64,000 nt of DNA from Escherichia phage BF17: the sequence record MW822008.1; one strand, 5' to 3'. Of this stretch, positions 7,552-14,537 are shown piece by piece. A program made the position numbers and the translations under genes. The stretch's first letter is position 1. Each line of letters begins with the position of its first letter. Below the pieces are notes generated by a model, which saw nothing but the letters and a program-made list of their open reading frames with translations, made no database searches and was not told the DNA's origin.

Positions 7552-7779
7552 ATGGCTATTATCATTACTCGCGTATCTGGTACTACTGGCAACGAACAAG
7601 TAGTTGCAGTCATTACCAACAAGGAAGGTGCGGAATTGCAAAATGCAATGAATACCTGGGCCGTTAATGAGTTCGGTCAGTGGGCAAGTGTAGCATACAT
7701 TGAAACCTATCAAGTGCCGTCGATTAGTTTAACTGATTTGGGCGTTGAGCGTATCCTTTGCCTTGATGAATTAAATTAA
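7552..7779 (+). CDS. hypothetical protein (75 aa)
   Basis: ATG 7552, RBS AGGA 7538-7541. Confidence 0.75.
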   Translation: MAIIITRVSGTTGNEQVVAVITNKEGAELQNAMNTWAVNEFGQWASVAYIETYQVPSISLTDLGVERILCLDELN

Positions 7780-7787
7780 AAAAGTAC

Positions 7788-7815
7788 TTGCAAAGTAAAT
7801 CGAATAAAGTATAAT
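7788..7815 (+). promoter_or_regulatory. sigma70 promoter with 5' stem-loop
   Basis: TTGCAA 7788-7793, TATAAT 7810-7815, hairpin GGGGAGAAaatgGTTCTCCCC. Confidence 0.7.
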
Positions 7816-7865
7816 ACATTACATCAAGGGGAGAAAATGGTTCTCCCCACTACAAGGAAACTAAA

Positions 7866-8009
7866 ATGAAAACTTGTCAATGTGGTCAGAAATCTATTAC
7901 GGGTTTAAAGCGGGGCGTTGCTCTTTGCCAGTACCATTATAATTTACAAGTATGGGGTAAAGAATGGGCCGACCAGGTGGAAGCAGCAAAGAAAGCAAAA
8001 AGTAAGTAA
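7866..8009 (+). CDS. small Cys-containing protein (47 aa; CQCG...CQYHY), below ORF-track cutoff
   Basis: translated by hand: MKTCQCGQKSITGLKRGVALCQYHYNLQVWGKEWADQVEAAKKAKSK; RBS AAGGAA; promoter upstream. Confidence 0.6.
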   Translation: MKTCQCGQKSITGLKRGVALCQYHYNLQVWGKEWADQVEAAKKAKSK

Positions 8010-8022
8010 AAATATTATCACA

Positions 8023-8057
8023 GTACTATTGACATAGTTTGATAGTACTGGCATAAT
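8023..8057 (+). promoter_or_regulatory. Palindromic promoter cassette AGTACTAT-TGACATAGTTTG-ATAGTACT (copy 1)
   Basis: TTGACA 8029-8034, CATAAT 8052-8057; about 60 nt (8007-8070) exactly repeated at 8299-8362. Confidence 0.7.
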
Positions 8058-8088
8058 AGATTTTATCAAGACGACTAAGGAAAACAAA

Positions 8089-8301
8089 ATGGCTATCATT
8101 ACAAAAATCAAAGTAAACAAATCACTGGTTAAACTTGAACAAGTGAAAGCAGGTTATAAAGTATCGTGGTGCGGTATGTATCGGATGTTCGCAGATATTG
8201 ATGAAGCGATCAATTATTACAGCGACACGGTTAAAAACTTTGTTCGTGCTGATGTGGTTATGGCAGTGGCAGCACATAAAGCAGCGAAAGAAAGTAAGTA
8301 A
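8089..8301 (+). CDS. hypothetical protein (70 aa); paralog of 11203..11382
   Basis: ORF track; RBS AAGGAA; MAII(T/A)K start shared with 11203 gene. Confidence 0.75.
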   Translation: MAIITKIKVNKSLVKLEQVKAGYKVSWCGMYRMFADIDEAINYYSDTVKNFVRADVVMAVAAHKAAKESK

Positions 8302-8314
8302 AAATATTATCACA

Positions 8315-8349
8315 GTACTATTGACATAGTTTGATAGTACTGGCATAAT
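8315..8349 (+). promoter_or_regulatory. Palindromic promoter cassette (copy 2, exact repeat of copy 1)
   Basis: TTGACA 8321-8326, CATAAT 8344-8349. Confidence 0.7.
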
Positions 8350-8390
8350 AGATTTTATCAAGACAACATATTAATTTAAGGAATACAAAA

Positions 8391-8714
8391 ATGGCTAAAA
8401 CTATCATTAACACCGTTTCCCTGGCTGCAATCCGTGCAATCAATGTTGACGGTAAACGTTGGACTGATTCATATGGCAATACTTATCATTCTTGTCATGT
8501 AAGCGTTGAACTGGATAACGGTTTGAATGATCTGGCGGTTGAATCATTTACTTATGGCTATGAAGATGCATATCAACAAACGGCGTTAGATCTCTTAAAG
8601 GAATCAGTAGACGGGCTTAATACTGATGAAACCTCCCTTACTCGTTTGTGCAATGATCTTAATATCCCGTTGCATTGTACTGTACAGAATGTTAAACGCA
8701 AAAAAGATCTTTAA
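8391..8714 (+). CDS. hypothetical protein (107 aa); paralog of 14809..15132
   Basis: shares RWTDS(Y/H)GNTYHSC(H/Y)VS and C-terminal RKKD(L/M) with 14809 gene. Confidence 0.75.
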   Translation: MAKTIINTVSLAAIRAINVDGKRWTDSYGNTYHSCHVSVELDNGLNDLAVESFTYGYEDAYQQTALDLLKESVDGLNTDETSLTRLCNDLNIPLHCTVQNVKRKKDL

Positions 8715-8794
8715 TTAGCTTTACTTTATGCAGATACTTTGATATAGTGTCTGCATAGGGGAAAGAAATTAAATTAACTTAAGAGGATCGTATA

Positions 8795-9064
8795 ATGAAA
8801 AATATCAGTACTTTAATCGATGCAGGTACACATGTTCGGCGGTCTATGGTTGCAACCAGTACTACAAAACAAGTAGCGAGCGGTTATCTTGTATTTGTGC
8901 ACGATGGTAAACTCCTGGAACGTTCAATCAATTTTGATGTTAAAAACAATTGCCGTTTTATTATCTTTAAGCGTGAACAATATAAAATTGATTTACCAGC
9001 GAAGCCCATAAGCGGGGCGTACAACGTGCAATCATTGTTTGAGCGTCAACCTTACACCTATTAA
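8795..9064 (+). CDS. hypothetical protein (89 aa)
   Basis: ORF track; strong RBS AAGAGGA; upstream inverted repeat ATGCAGATACT...AGTGTCTGCAT. Confidence 0.7.
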   Translation: MKNISTLIDAGTHVRRSMVATSTTKQVASGYLVFVHDGKLLERSINFDVKNNCRFIIFKREQYKIDLPAKPISGAYNVQSLFERQPYTY

Positions 9065-9115
9065 TCAAAACATCGTTAGCGGTCGTTTAAGGCCGCTTAT
9101 ATTGGGGATTATACC

Positions 9116-9388
9116 ATGAACGTTAATCAAGTACTGAATGAGATCGAAAGCATCATTAAACCGATGAAGCGTACTGATGCTATGTTAACACCGGAAGAAA
9201 GCCGCCTATATGAGCGTTACAGCGTCGAACAAGTCCAGGCAATGGCTATGGCTACGCCAGCCGTTAAACCGCCTGAGAATGCGTTACAGGACGTTACAGG
9301 GGATTATATCATTAATCCAGTACTAGGGAAGATGCCGCCAATCACCGAAGAACAAAAAGACTATTTGAGTCAGTACTTAAAAGGTTAA
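9116..9388 (+). CDS. hypothetical protein (90 aa)
   Basis: ORF track; RBS GGGG. Confidence 0.65.
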   Translation: MNVNQVLNEIESIIKPMKRTDAMLTPEESRLYERYSVEQVQAMAMATPAVKPPENALQDVTGDYIINPVLGKMPPITEEQKDYLSQYLKG

Positions 9389-9393
9389 TTAAT

Positions 9394-9603
9394 ATGCTTA
9401 CTGTACAGGATAAGATCGACATCTTAAAGGTTAATATGTATGTGATTGATGCCGTACCTGGTAAAGTATTTGCATACGATGATTCTAATCGCAGTCCTTT
9501 CTATTGTAGTCATGTAGTTGGATACGTGCCGTTGGCGTATGTTATCGAAAGAGTGGTTGATGCAGCATACAATCATTTTTTAGAAAATAATACTTGCAAT
9601 TAG
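9394..9603 (+). CDS. hypothetical protein (69 aa)
   Basis: ORF track; 5 nt after previous stop. Confidence 0.6.
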   Translation: MLTVQDKIDILKVNMYVIDAVPGKVFAYDDSNRSPFYCSHVVGYVPLAYVIERVVDAAYNHFLENNTCN

Positions 9604-9621
9604 TTTTTAAACGCGTATAAT
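9594..9621 (+). promoter_or_regulatory. sigma70 promoter with 5' stem-loop
   Basis: TTGCAA 9594-9599, TATAAT 9616-9621, hairpin GGGGAGAAatgaTTCTCCCC. Confidence 0.7.
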
Positions 9622-9672
9622 GTTTTACATGAAGGGGAGAAATGATTCTCCCCACTAATTAAGGAATATGAA

Positions 9673-9819
9673 ATGAAAGCATCAAAAAAGAGTAATACCA
9701 AGAAAGCATGTTCACCTTTCGCTGGGGTATTCCCTTTACGTTTCGTTGATGAAGTGGTTTCCTACCCGCTGGGCCTTACTCCTGAGATGGTAGAAAGTTT
9801 GCGTAAATCTAAAAAATAA
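9673..9819 (+). CDS. small basic protein (48 aa), below ORF-track cutoff
   Basis: hand-translated MKASKKSNTKKACSPFAGVFPLRFVDEVVSYPLGLTPEMVESLRKSKK; RBS AAGGAA. Confidence 0.55.
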   Translation: MKASKKSNTKKACSPFAGVFPLRFVDEVVSYPLGLTPEMVESLRKSKK

Positions 9820-9823
9820 TACT

Positions 9824-9850
9824 TGCAATTAGTTTTCAGTACTGTATAAT
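9824..9850 (+). promoter_or_regulatory. sigma70 promoter with 5' stem-loop
   Basis: TTGCAA 9824-9829, TATAAT 9845-9850. Confidence 0.7.
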
Positions 9851-9900
9851 AGTTTACATGAAGGGGAGAAATGATTCTCCCCAATAACAGGAGAAACAAA

Positions 9901-10053
9901 ATGAAACAATACAACGCTCGGTTTGATGTTACTATCGGCAACGGCAAAGGTCAATTCTCTTTCAGTACTCGCCGCAGTTATACAGAAAACTTCCTGCGAA
10001 ATTGTGCACTGACCGCCGCACAAATTAAACATTACTTCCAGGCTAAAAAATGA
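9901..10053 (+). CDS. hypothetical protein (50 aa)
   Basis: ATG 9901 with RBS CAGGAG; track start 9871 lies in leader. Confidence 0.6.
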   Translation: MKQYNARFDVTIGNGKGQFSFSTRRSYTENFLRNCALTAAQIKHYFQAKK

Positions 10054-10139
10054 AATCATTAGCTTATTACAGTTCGGCGGTGATCGGTGCATTGATCGCG
10101 GCATTGTTAGTAACCTATCTATTCTTTATGGTGATTTAA
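10050..10139 (+). CDS. tiny hydrophobic single-TM peptide (29 aa)
   Basis: ATGA overlap with upstream stop; MKSLAYYSSAVIGALIAALLVTYLFFMVI. Confidence 0.35.
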   Translation: MKSLAYYSSAVIGALIAALLVTYLFFMVI

Positions 10140-10259
10140 ATGAATCCTAACGGTTTAATTTACAGTACTACTAAAACGAAAGCAGATAAAGCGAAAGTAA
10201 AGGAGTACATTAAGCAAGGCATGACGCGAAAGGCGGCAGTACTGAAAGCTAAAAAATAA
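10140..10259 (+). CDS. small basic protein (39 aa)
   Basis: ATG adjacent to previous TAA; MNPNGLIYSTTKTKADKAKVKEYIKQGMTRKAAVLKAKK. Confidence 0.35.
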   Translation: MNPNGLIYSTTKTKADKAKVKEYIKQGMTRKAAVLKAKK

Positions 10260-10267
10260 ATGAAAAA

Positions 10268-10350
10268 AGTGGTTGACTTCGGTCAGCCATTTTGCTATTA
10301 TATATTCATTGAGAGATAGCTCACTAGCCCACCGGGTGCATAAGTGTATC
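10268..10350 (+). promoter_or_regulatory. Composite module: terminator-like hairpin overlapping promoter (TTGACT-17-TATTAT) plus conserved element GCCCACCGGGTGCATAAGTGTATC
   Basis: hairpin 10271-10288 with T-run; TTGACT 10273-10278; TATTAT 10296-10301; element 10327-10350. Confidence 0.55.
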
Positions 10351-10394
10351 TATTATATAAGTATTGAGTACTGAGAACTATTTTTAAAAAGTAC

Positions 10395-10422
10395 TTGCAA
10401 ACTATCTCAATTGGCGTATAAT
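10395..10422 (+). promoter_or_regulatory. sigma70 promoter with 5' stem-loop
   Basis: TTGCAA 10395-10400, TATAAT 10417-10422. Confidence 0.7.
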
Positions 10423-10473
10423 GTTTTACATCGAGAGGGGGAACGGTTTCCCCTGGTAATAAGGAAACGAATC

Positions 10474-10815
10474 ATGACTATCTCAATTGCTCAATCTAAC
10501 TTTGAAAATGAAATCATCGCCCAGGCACTGCGTTTAAATGATGGTCGGGCCGAAATTAATTACGGTTTCAATTCAGGCGGTTGTGAAAACTATCAGTACT
10601 TTGTAACTGCTGATGGCGGTGTCCTGGGCATCAATACCGTTATTGTAAACATTCAGAAAATTAATTTCAATGATCCAGACGATAGCCAGTTTTACATTGT
10701 AGGCGTAGACGTGAACTATGAGGATGACTCACTAACTGATGATCACACTGGCGAGAAGTTAGAAAGTGCATACGGTGAAGATGATTATCAGTCCGGTCCA
10801 GAAGATTTTGAATAA
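10474..10815 (+). CDS. hypothetical protein (113 aa), acidic C-terminus
   Basis: ATG 10474 with RBS AAGGAA. Confidence 0.75.
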   Translation: MTISIAQSNFENEIIAQALRLNDGRAEINYGFNSGGCENYQYFVTADGGVLGINTVIVNIQKINFNDPDDSQFYIVGVDVNYEDDSLTDDHTGEKLESAYGEDDYQSGPEDFE

Positions 10816-10828
10816 TATTAAAAAATAG

Positions 10829-10857
10829 TTTGACAATAGATTATAGTACTGTATAAT
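10829..10857 (+). promoter_or_regulatory. sigma70 promoter (TTGACA-17-TATAAT) with 5' stem-loop
   Basis: TTGACA 10829-10834, TATAAT 10852-10857. Confidence 0.7.
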
Positions 10858-10906
10858 AAGTTACATCAAGGGGAGAATAGTTCTCCCCACTAACAGAGAA
10901 AACAAA

Positions 10907-11119
10907 ATGGCTAATATCTGCACTGTACTGAAAAATGCAAAACAAGTTTTATTTTCTGACCACGATTATTTTAATAAAGATATTACAGGCGTTCGGAATA
11001 TCAAAGATGTAAAAAGTGTTATGGGTATCTATTGCAATATGAAACGTGTTGGAACGTTCGGCGACAAAGTACTATACCAGGCAGGGGATTACAATTTTAC
11101 ACTGACTATCATTAACTAA
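10907..11119 (+). CDS. hypothetical protein (70 aa)
   Basis: ORF track; RBS GAGAAAA. Confidence 0.7.
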   Translation: MANICTVLKNAKQVLFSDHDYFNKDITGVRNIKDVKSVMGIYCNMKRVGTFGDKVLYQAGDYNFTLTIIN

Positions 11120-11132
11120 AAATATTATCACA

Positions 11133-11167
11133 GTACTATTGACATAGTTTGATAGTACTGACATAAT
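11133..11167 (+). promoter_or_regulatory. Palindromic promoter cassette (copy 3)
   Basis: TTGACA 11139-11144, CATAAT 11162-11167, flanked by AGTACTAT / ATAGTACT. Confidence 0.7.
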
Positions 11168-11202
11168 AACTTTTATCAACTACACTACTAAGGAATTAAA
11201 AA

Positions 11203-11382
11203 ATGGCTATCATCGCAAAAACTGAAATCGTTGGTCTGGATTCTATCATCATGACGTTTGAAGATCAAAAAGGTATGTATGTAGTTTCATATGGTGATTA
11301 TGTTCGGGAGTATGAAACGGTAGACGAAGCCTTTGAAAGTTATATTCGCCAGGTGAATAAAGCATACGACGACTACCGCTAA
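11203..11382 (+). CDS. hypothetical protein (59 aa); paralog of 8089..8301
   Basis: hand-translated; RBS AAGGAA. Confidence 0.6.
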   Translation: MAIIAKTEIVGLDSIIMTFEDQKGMYVVSYGDYVREYETVDEAFESYIRQVNKAYDDYR

Positions 11383-11403
11383 AATATATTACCAGTACTA
11401 TTA

Positions 11404-11437
11404 AAGTTATTGACATAGTTTGATAGTACTGTATAAT
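11404..11437 (+). promoter_or_regulatory. Palindromic promoter cassette (copy 4)
   Basis: TTGACA 11410-11415, TATAAT 11432-11437. Confidence 0.7.
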
Positions 11438-11481
11438 AAGTTTTATAAACAGTAGTTAACTTAACCTAAGAGAGAAATAAA

Positions 11482-11625
11482 ATGATCGCACTGGATTCAT
11501 TCATCGACGCAGTACTGGCAAAAACTGGCGAGGATCTGACCGCAGAACAATACGCGATGATCGAGCAATGTCAGCAAAACGGTAAATCGGTGAAAGATAC
11601 TGTTAAGATTATCCGCAAGATGTAA
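11482..11625 (+). CDS. small protein (47 aa), below ORF-track cutoff
   Basis: hand-translated MIALDSFIDAVLAKTGEDLTAEQYAMIEQCQQNGKSVKDTVKIIRKM; RBS AGAGAAA. Confidence 0.55.
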   Translation: MIALDSFIDAVLAKTGEDLTAEQYAMIEQCQQNGKSVKDTVKIIRKM

Positions 11626-11631
11626 GATTAT

Positions 11632-11665
11632 AGCCCACTGGTTAACGCTGGTGGGCTTTAATCCT
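11632..11665 (+). terminator. Terminator-like hairpin containing a Chi octamer
   Basis: AGCCCAC...GTGGGCT stem; GCTGGTGG 11647-11654; weak T-run. Confidence 0.45.
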
Positions 11666-11730
11666 TTACCCTATACAATGTCAGTACTAAACCGTTTATC
11701 TCATTAGAATGCGTTACAGGACGTTTGACA

Positions 11731-11928
11731 ATGATTAGCATGAAATCAGTACAAAAACAAATAGAAACATTATCAAAAATTAAACGTAAACAGTACTCGT
11801 TAGAATATACAATCAATGGTAACTATCATCTAATGAAAGAGAATAATTTTATCGTCATTGATGAATCATTGCAAGTTATTAGTATAGTACTGAAAGCATT
11901 AATTAATGATAGAAAAAAATTAAAATAA
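11731..11928 (+). CDS. hypothetical protein (65 aa), AT-rich codon usage
   Basis: ATG 11731 (track start is TTG 11725); weak RBS; no promoter seen. Confidence 0.4.
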   Translation: MISMKSVQKQIETLSKIKRKQYSLEYTINGNYHLMKENNFIVIDESLQVISIVLKALINDRKKLK

Positions 11929-11932
11929 TCTA

Positions 11933-12013
11933 TTGACAATATCCTCCAGTACTGGCATAATACTTACATCAAGACGAGAACGTCACTAACCCATAGGGTG
12001 CACAAATGTAACT
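11933..12013 (+). promoter_or_regulatory. Promoter (TTGACA-17-CATAAT) plus conserved element ACCCATAGGGTGCACAAATGTAAC
   Basis: TTGACA 11933-11938, CATAAT 11956-11961, element 11988-12013. Confidence 0.55.
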
Positions 12014-12020
12014 GTATAAT

Positions 12021-12057
12021 ATTGATCAAAAAATGATCTGATCAATACTTGATCAAT
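12021..12057. promoter_or_regulatory. GATC cluster: 4 GATC sites in 31 bp, three as TGATCAA
   Basis: GATC at 12024, 12035, 12040, 12051 within the leader upstream of the TraR-like gene. Confidence 0.6.
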
Positions 12058-12259
12058 TTGCGTAAAGTAGTATAATTCTATGCAGTTGGTTAGACGAAAG
12101 GTTATGATTAGTAGTGCAAGTGTATAAAAATTTTCATGGTGTATCGTTCCGCACATATGGCAATGAATATGTGGTATCATGTGGATTGGAAAAAGTAAGA
12201 ACAAGTAATATTATTGTCGCATTACAGTACTATAGTATTTTTATAATGAGGTTAAAATA

Positions 12260-12517
12260 ATGGCTGTAGGATTCGCGAAAGATGGGGCCGAACAAGACGA
12301 GATTAACGCAGTGATTCAGGCCGCCGTTAACCACGCTAGAAAGCAAATTAACGCACAAATAGAATCACTGATACATTGCCTCGACTGCGGCGATATAATC
12401 CCTGAGAAACGACGCCAGGCCGTTAAGGGATGTAAGTACTGCATAACTTGCCAGGAGGATCATGATAGTACTTTTAAACGTCCCCCGCGTAATTGTTGGC
12501 ATAGATCTATGAGATAA
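12260..12517 (+). CDS. TraR/DksA-family C4 zinc-finger protein (85 aa)
   Basis: CLDCGDIIPEKRRQAVKGCKYCITCQ = C-x2-C-x13-C-x2-C-x2-C arrangement with IPE..RR typical of TraR; RBS GAGG. Confidence 0.75.
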   Translation: MAVGFAKDGAEQDEINAVIQAAVNHARKQINAQIESLIHCLDCGDIIPEKRRQAVKGCKYCITCQEDHDSTFKRPPRNCWHRSMR

Positions 12518-12523
12518 AAAGTA

Positions 12524-12552
12524 TTGACAGTACTATCCAGTAGTGTTATAGT
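12524..12552 (+). promoter_or_regulatory. sigma70 promoter (TTGACA-17-TATAGT) with 5' stem-loop
   Basis: TTGACA 12524-12529, TATAGT 12547-12552, hairpin AGGGGAAacatcTTCCCCT. Confidence 0.65.
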
Positions 12553-12598
12553 ACTTACATCAAGGGGAAACATCTTCCCCTACTAAGAGGAAATGAAA

Positions 12599-12787
12599 AT
12601 GGAAAACTTATCAAGTATTTTAGTACAAGATGATTTCGGTAATCCTGGAAGTGCTATCATTGTTCGGGGTAATAAAGCAACATTTGTTATTGCTGGTGGA
12701 CCTGTACAGCGTAGCATTAAAAACAATGCCGTTACTATTAATAATGTACGCTATCGCTTAGATAAAGAATTGATTCATAAACTGTAA
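12599..12787 (+). CDS. hypothetical protein (62 aa)
   Basis: ATG 12599 with RBS AGAGG (track start 12593 too close to RBS). Confidence 0.65.
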   Translation: MENLSSILVQDDFGNPGSAIIVRGNKATFVIAGGPVQRSIKNNAVTINNVRYRLDKELIHKL

Positions 12788-12814
12788 TATTAATTTAATA
12801 GAGGATAACAATAA

Positions 12815-13138
12815 ATGTACATTCATACTACTATCACAAAGGAAGTCCGTTGCCAGTTCGAAAGTATTCCGGGCGTATGTTTCATCACTGGTACGTTTTC
12901 CCCTGGTGATCGTGATAATCCAGTACTGTTACAATTACGCCATCCATCATGGGATAAAGCATTTGATCTACCGTTGAATGAATTCGCAACTACTGCTGAA
13001 AAGTACATTAAAAATATTCGCGAGAATGATCGACTATTCATTAATGCTTTCAGTGATTCCGCGTTAAGCGAGATCCACAGCGTATTGGTTGCAATCATGG
13101 AATCAATGGAGAAAACTAAATTCAAACAAGGTGAATAA
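12815..13138 (+). CDS. hypothetical protein (107 aa)
   Basis: ORF track; RBS AGAGGA. Confidence 0.7.
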   Translation: MYIHTTITKEVRCQFESIPGVCFITGTFSPGDRDNPVLLQLRHPSWDKAFDLPLNEFATTAEKYIKNIRENDRLFINAFSDSALSEIHSVLVAIMESMEKTKFKQGE

Positions 13139-13144
13139 AAACTA

Positions 13145-13172
13145 TTGACAAGATAATCTAGTACTGTATAAT
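13145..13172 (+). promoter_or_regulatory. sigma70 promoter (TTGACA-16-TATAAT) with 5' stem-loop
   Basis: TTGACA 13145-13150, TATAAT 13167-13172. Confidence 0.7.
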
Positions 13173-13221
13173 AAGTTACATGAAGGGGAGAAATGATTCT
13201 CCCCACTGAGAGGAAAGAAAA

Positions 13222-13434
13222 ATGCAAGGTCAACTAATCGTTCGTAAATGGTCTGATACTAACGCTAAACCGTGGGATGTACAATACATCGGACCGGATG
13301 GGGTATCACGTTATCAGCCTGGCGTAACGCATAGTACTGAGCAATATGCCGCCGCTCACCGCGAACGCCTGTTAGAATCCATGAAACAGGGATACGGTGA
13401 AAAATTCATTCAAGATCATTGGCTGAAAGATTAA
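13222..13434 (+). CDS. hypothetical protein (70 aa)
   Basis: ORF track; RBS GAGAGGAAA. Confidence 0.75.
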   Translation: MQGQLIVRKWSDTNAKPWDVQYIGPDGVSRYQPGVTHSTEQYAAAHRERLLESMKQGYGEKFIQDHWLKD

Positions 13435-13451
13435 TATAAGGAGTACAGCTT

Positions 13452-13544
13452 ATGCAAATGAATCCGATGATTATTGTGTTAGCTGTACTTATGATCATTC
13501 ATGCAATAGTAAAAGTATTAACGCAATCAGGAGTAATAAAATGA
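13452..13544 (+). CDS. tiny hydrophobic single-TM peptide (30 aa)
   Basis: RBS AAGGAG 13436-13441; MQMNPMIIVLAVLMIIHAIVKVLTQSGVIK. Confidence 0.4.
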   Translation: MQMNPMIIVLAVLMIIHAIVKVLTQSGVIK

Positions 13545-13714
13545 TTCAAGTAGAATTATCAGTACTGAAAGATCTGTTTTATCGGTTAGGTACTACTGGC
13601 GAGTATCCTAAAAGTGATACCGCAAAACTTTTTGTATCACTCGACTTATGGCAACGCGAACAATTAGTAATGTCCTGGCGTAAAGGTAAAGCAGATAGCG
13701 AGGTGAAAGCATGA
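13541..13714 (+). CDS. small protein (57 aa)
   Basis: ATGA overlap with upstream stop; RBS CAGGAG. Confidence 0.45.
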   Translation: MIQVELSVLKDLFYRLGTTGEYPKSDTAKLFVSLDLWQREQLVMSWRKGKADSEVKA

Positions 13715-13860
13715 AAGAATTCTTATTCGAAGTAGTGTTTCAAGGTGTCGGTAGTAACCAACTGATTCGCTCAAGTGGTTATAATGTTAACCAGGCATGG
13801 AATAACATTAAACAAATGTACCCGAACGCTATCACCTATCGCAACCCGAAAGAAGTTTAA
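13711..13860 (+). CDS. small protein (49 aa)
   Basis: ATGA overlap with upstream stop; RBS GAGG. Confidence 0.45.
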   Translation: MKEFLFEVVFQGVGSNQLIRSSGYNVNQAWNNIKQMYPNAITYRNPKEV

Positions 13861-13873
13861 AAATATTTGAAAA

Positions 13874-13952
13874 AGGGATTGACTCCGGTCAGTCCCTTTG
13901 CTATTATATACGCATAGAAACAAATCAGCCCACAGGGTGCATAAATGTATCT
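13874..13952 (+). promoter_or_regulatory. Composite module: bidirectional terminator-like hairpin overlapping promoter plus conserved element AGCCCACAGGGTGCATAAATGTATC
   Basis: hairpin GGGATTGACtccgGTCAGTCCC 13875-13896, TTGACT 13878-13883, element 13927-13952; Chi GCTGGTGG 13960-13967 just downstream. Confidence 0.55.
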
Positions 13953-13998
13953 ATTGTTTGCTGGTGGCTAGTACTGAAAACTATTTTTAAAAAAGTAC

Positions 13999-14026
13999 TT
14001 GCATTGTACTTAGAATCAAGTATAAT
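13999..14026 (+). promoter_or_regulatory. sigma70 promoter P1 (TTGCAT-16-TATAAT)
   Basis: TTGCAT 13999-14004, TATAAT 14021-14026. Confidence 0.65.
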
Positions 14027-14030
14027 GTTT

Positions 14031-14114
14031 TACATCAGGACGGGGAACGAAACAAGTAACCCCGTTAAGTAGTCCAGGAGTAAGACATAAGAAAACCTCC
14101 CCTGATAAAATAGT
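14031..14114 (+). ncRNA. Conserved structured leader / candidate small RNA (copy 2)
   Basis: about 85% identical to 3722-3806; stem CGGGG...CCCCG one base pair shorter on both arms. Confidence 0.4.
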
Positions 14115-14142
14115 TTGACAATAGAAAGTAAACGAGTATAAT
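14115..14142 (+). promoter_or_regulatory. sigma70 promoter P2 (TTGACA-16-TATAAT)
   Basis: TTGACA 14115-14120, TATAAT 14137-14142. Confidence 0.65.
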
Positions 14143-14175
14143 ACTTACATCAACCACTGATAAGGAAACATTAAA

Positions 14176-14451
14176 ATGCGGATTCTACTGACAGCTAACG
14201 AAATCGAACAAGTACTGACTACTAACCTGGAAGACTGGAAACGTGAAGCAGATATCCAGGCGGTTCAACTGCTTAACGATAAGTTAACGCCGGATGACTT
14301 AAGCAAGATTGTAGATCCTCAATTCTACGAAGATATCCACGACACCGCGTTAAGCGTCGAGGATGTACTAGATAAGCACTACATTGATATTGATTTGCAG
14401 GTTTACGGTCGTAAAAACTTTATCACTATTCACGACATTTATAATAATTAA
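14176..14451 (+). CDS. hypothetical acidic protein (91 aa)
   Basis: ORF track; RBS AAGGAAA. Confidence 0.75.
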   Translation: MRILLTANEIEQVLTTNLEDWKREADIQAVQLLNDKLTPDDLSKIVDPQFYEDIHDTALSVEDVLDKHYIDIDLQVYGRKNFITIHDIYNN

Positions 14452-14454
14452 GTA

Positions 14455-14482
14455 TTGACAAAGTATCTTAGTACTGTATAAT
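14455..14482 (+). promoter_or_regulatory. sigma70 promoter with 5' stem-loop
   Basis: TTGACA 14455-14460, TATAAT 14477-14482, hairpin GGGGGAAtggTTCCCCTCC. Confidence 0.7.
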
Positions 14483-14537
14483 AGTTTACATCGAGAGGGG
14501 GAATGGTTCCCCTCCTAACAAAGAGAGAGAAATAAAA

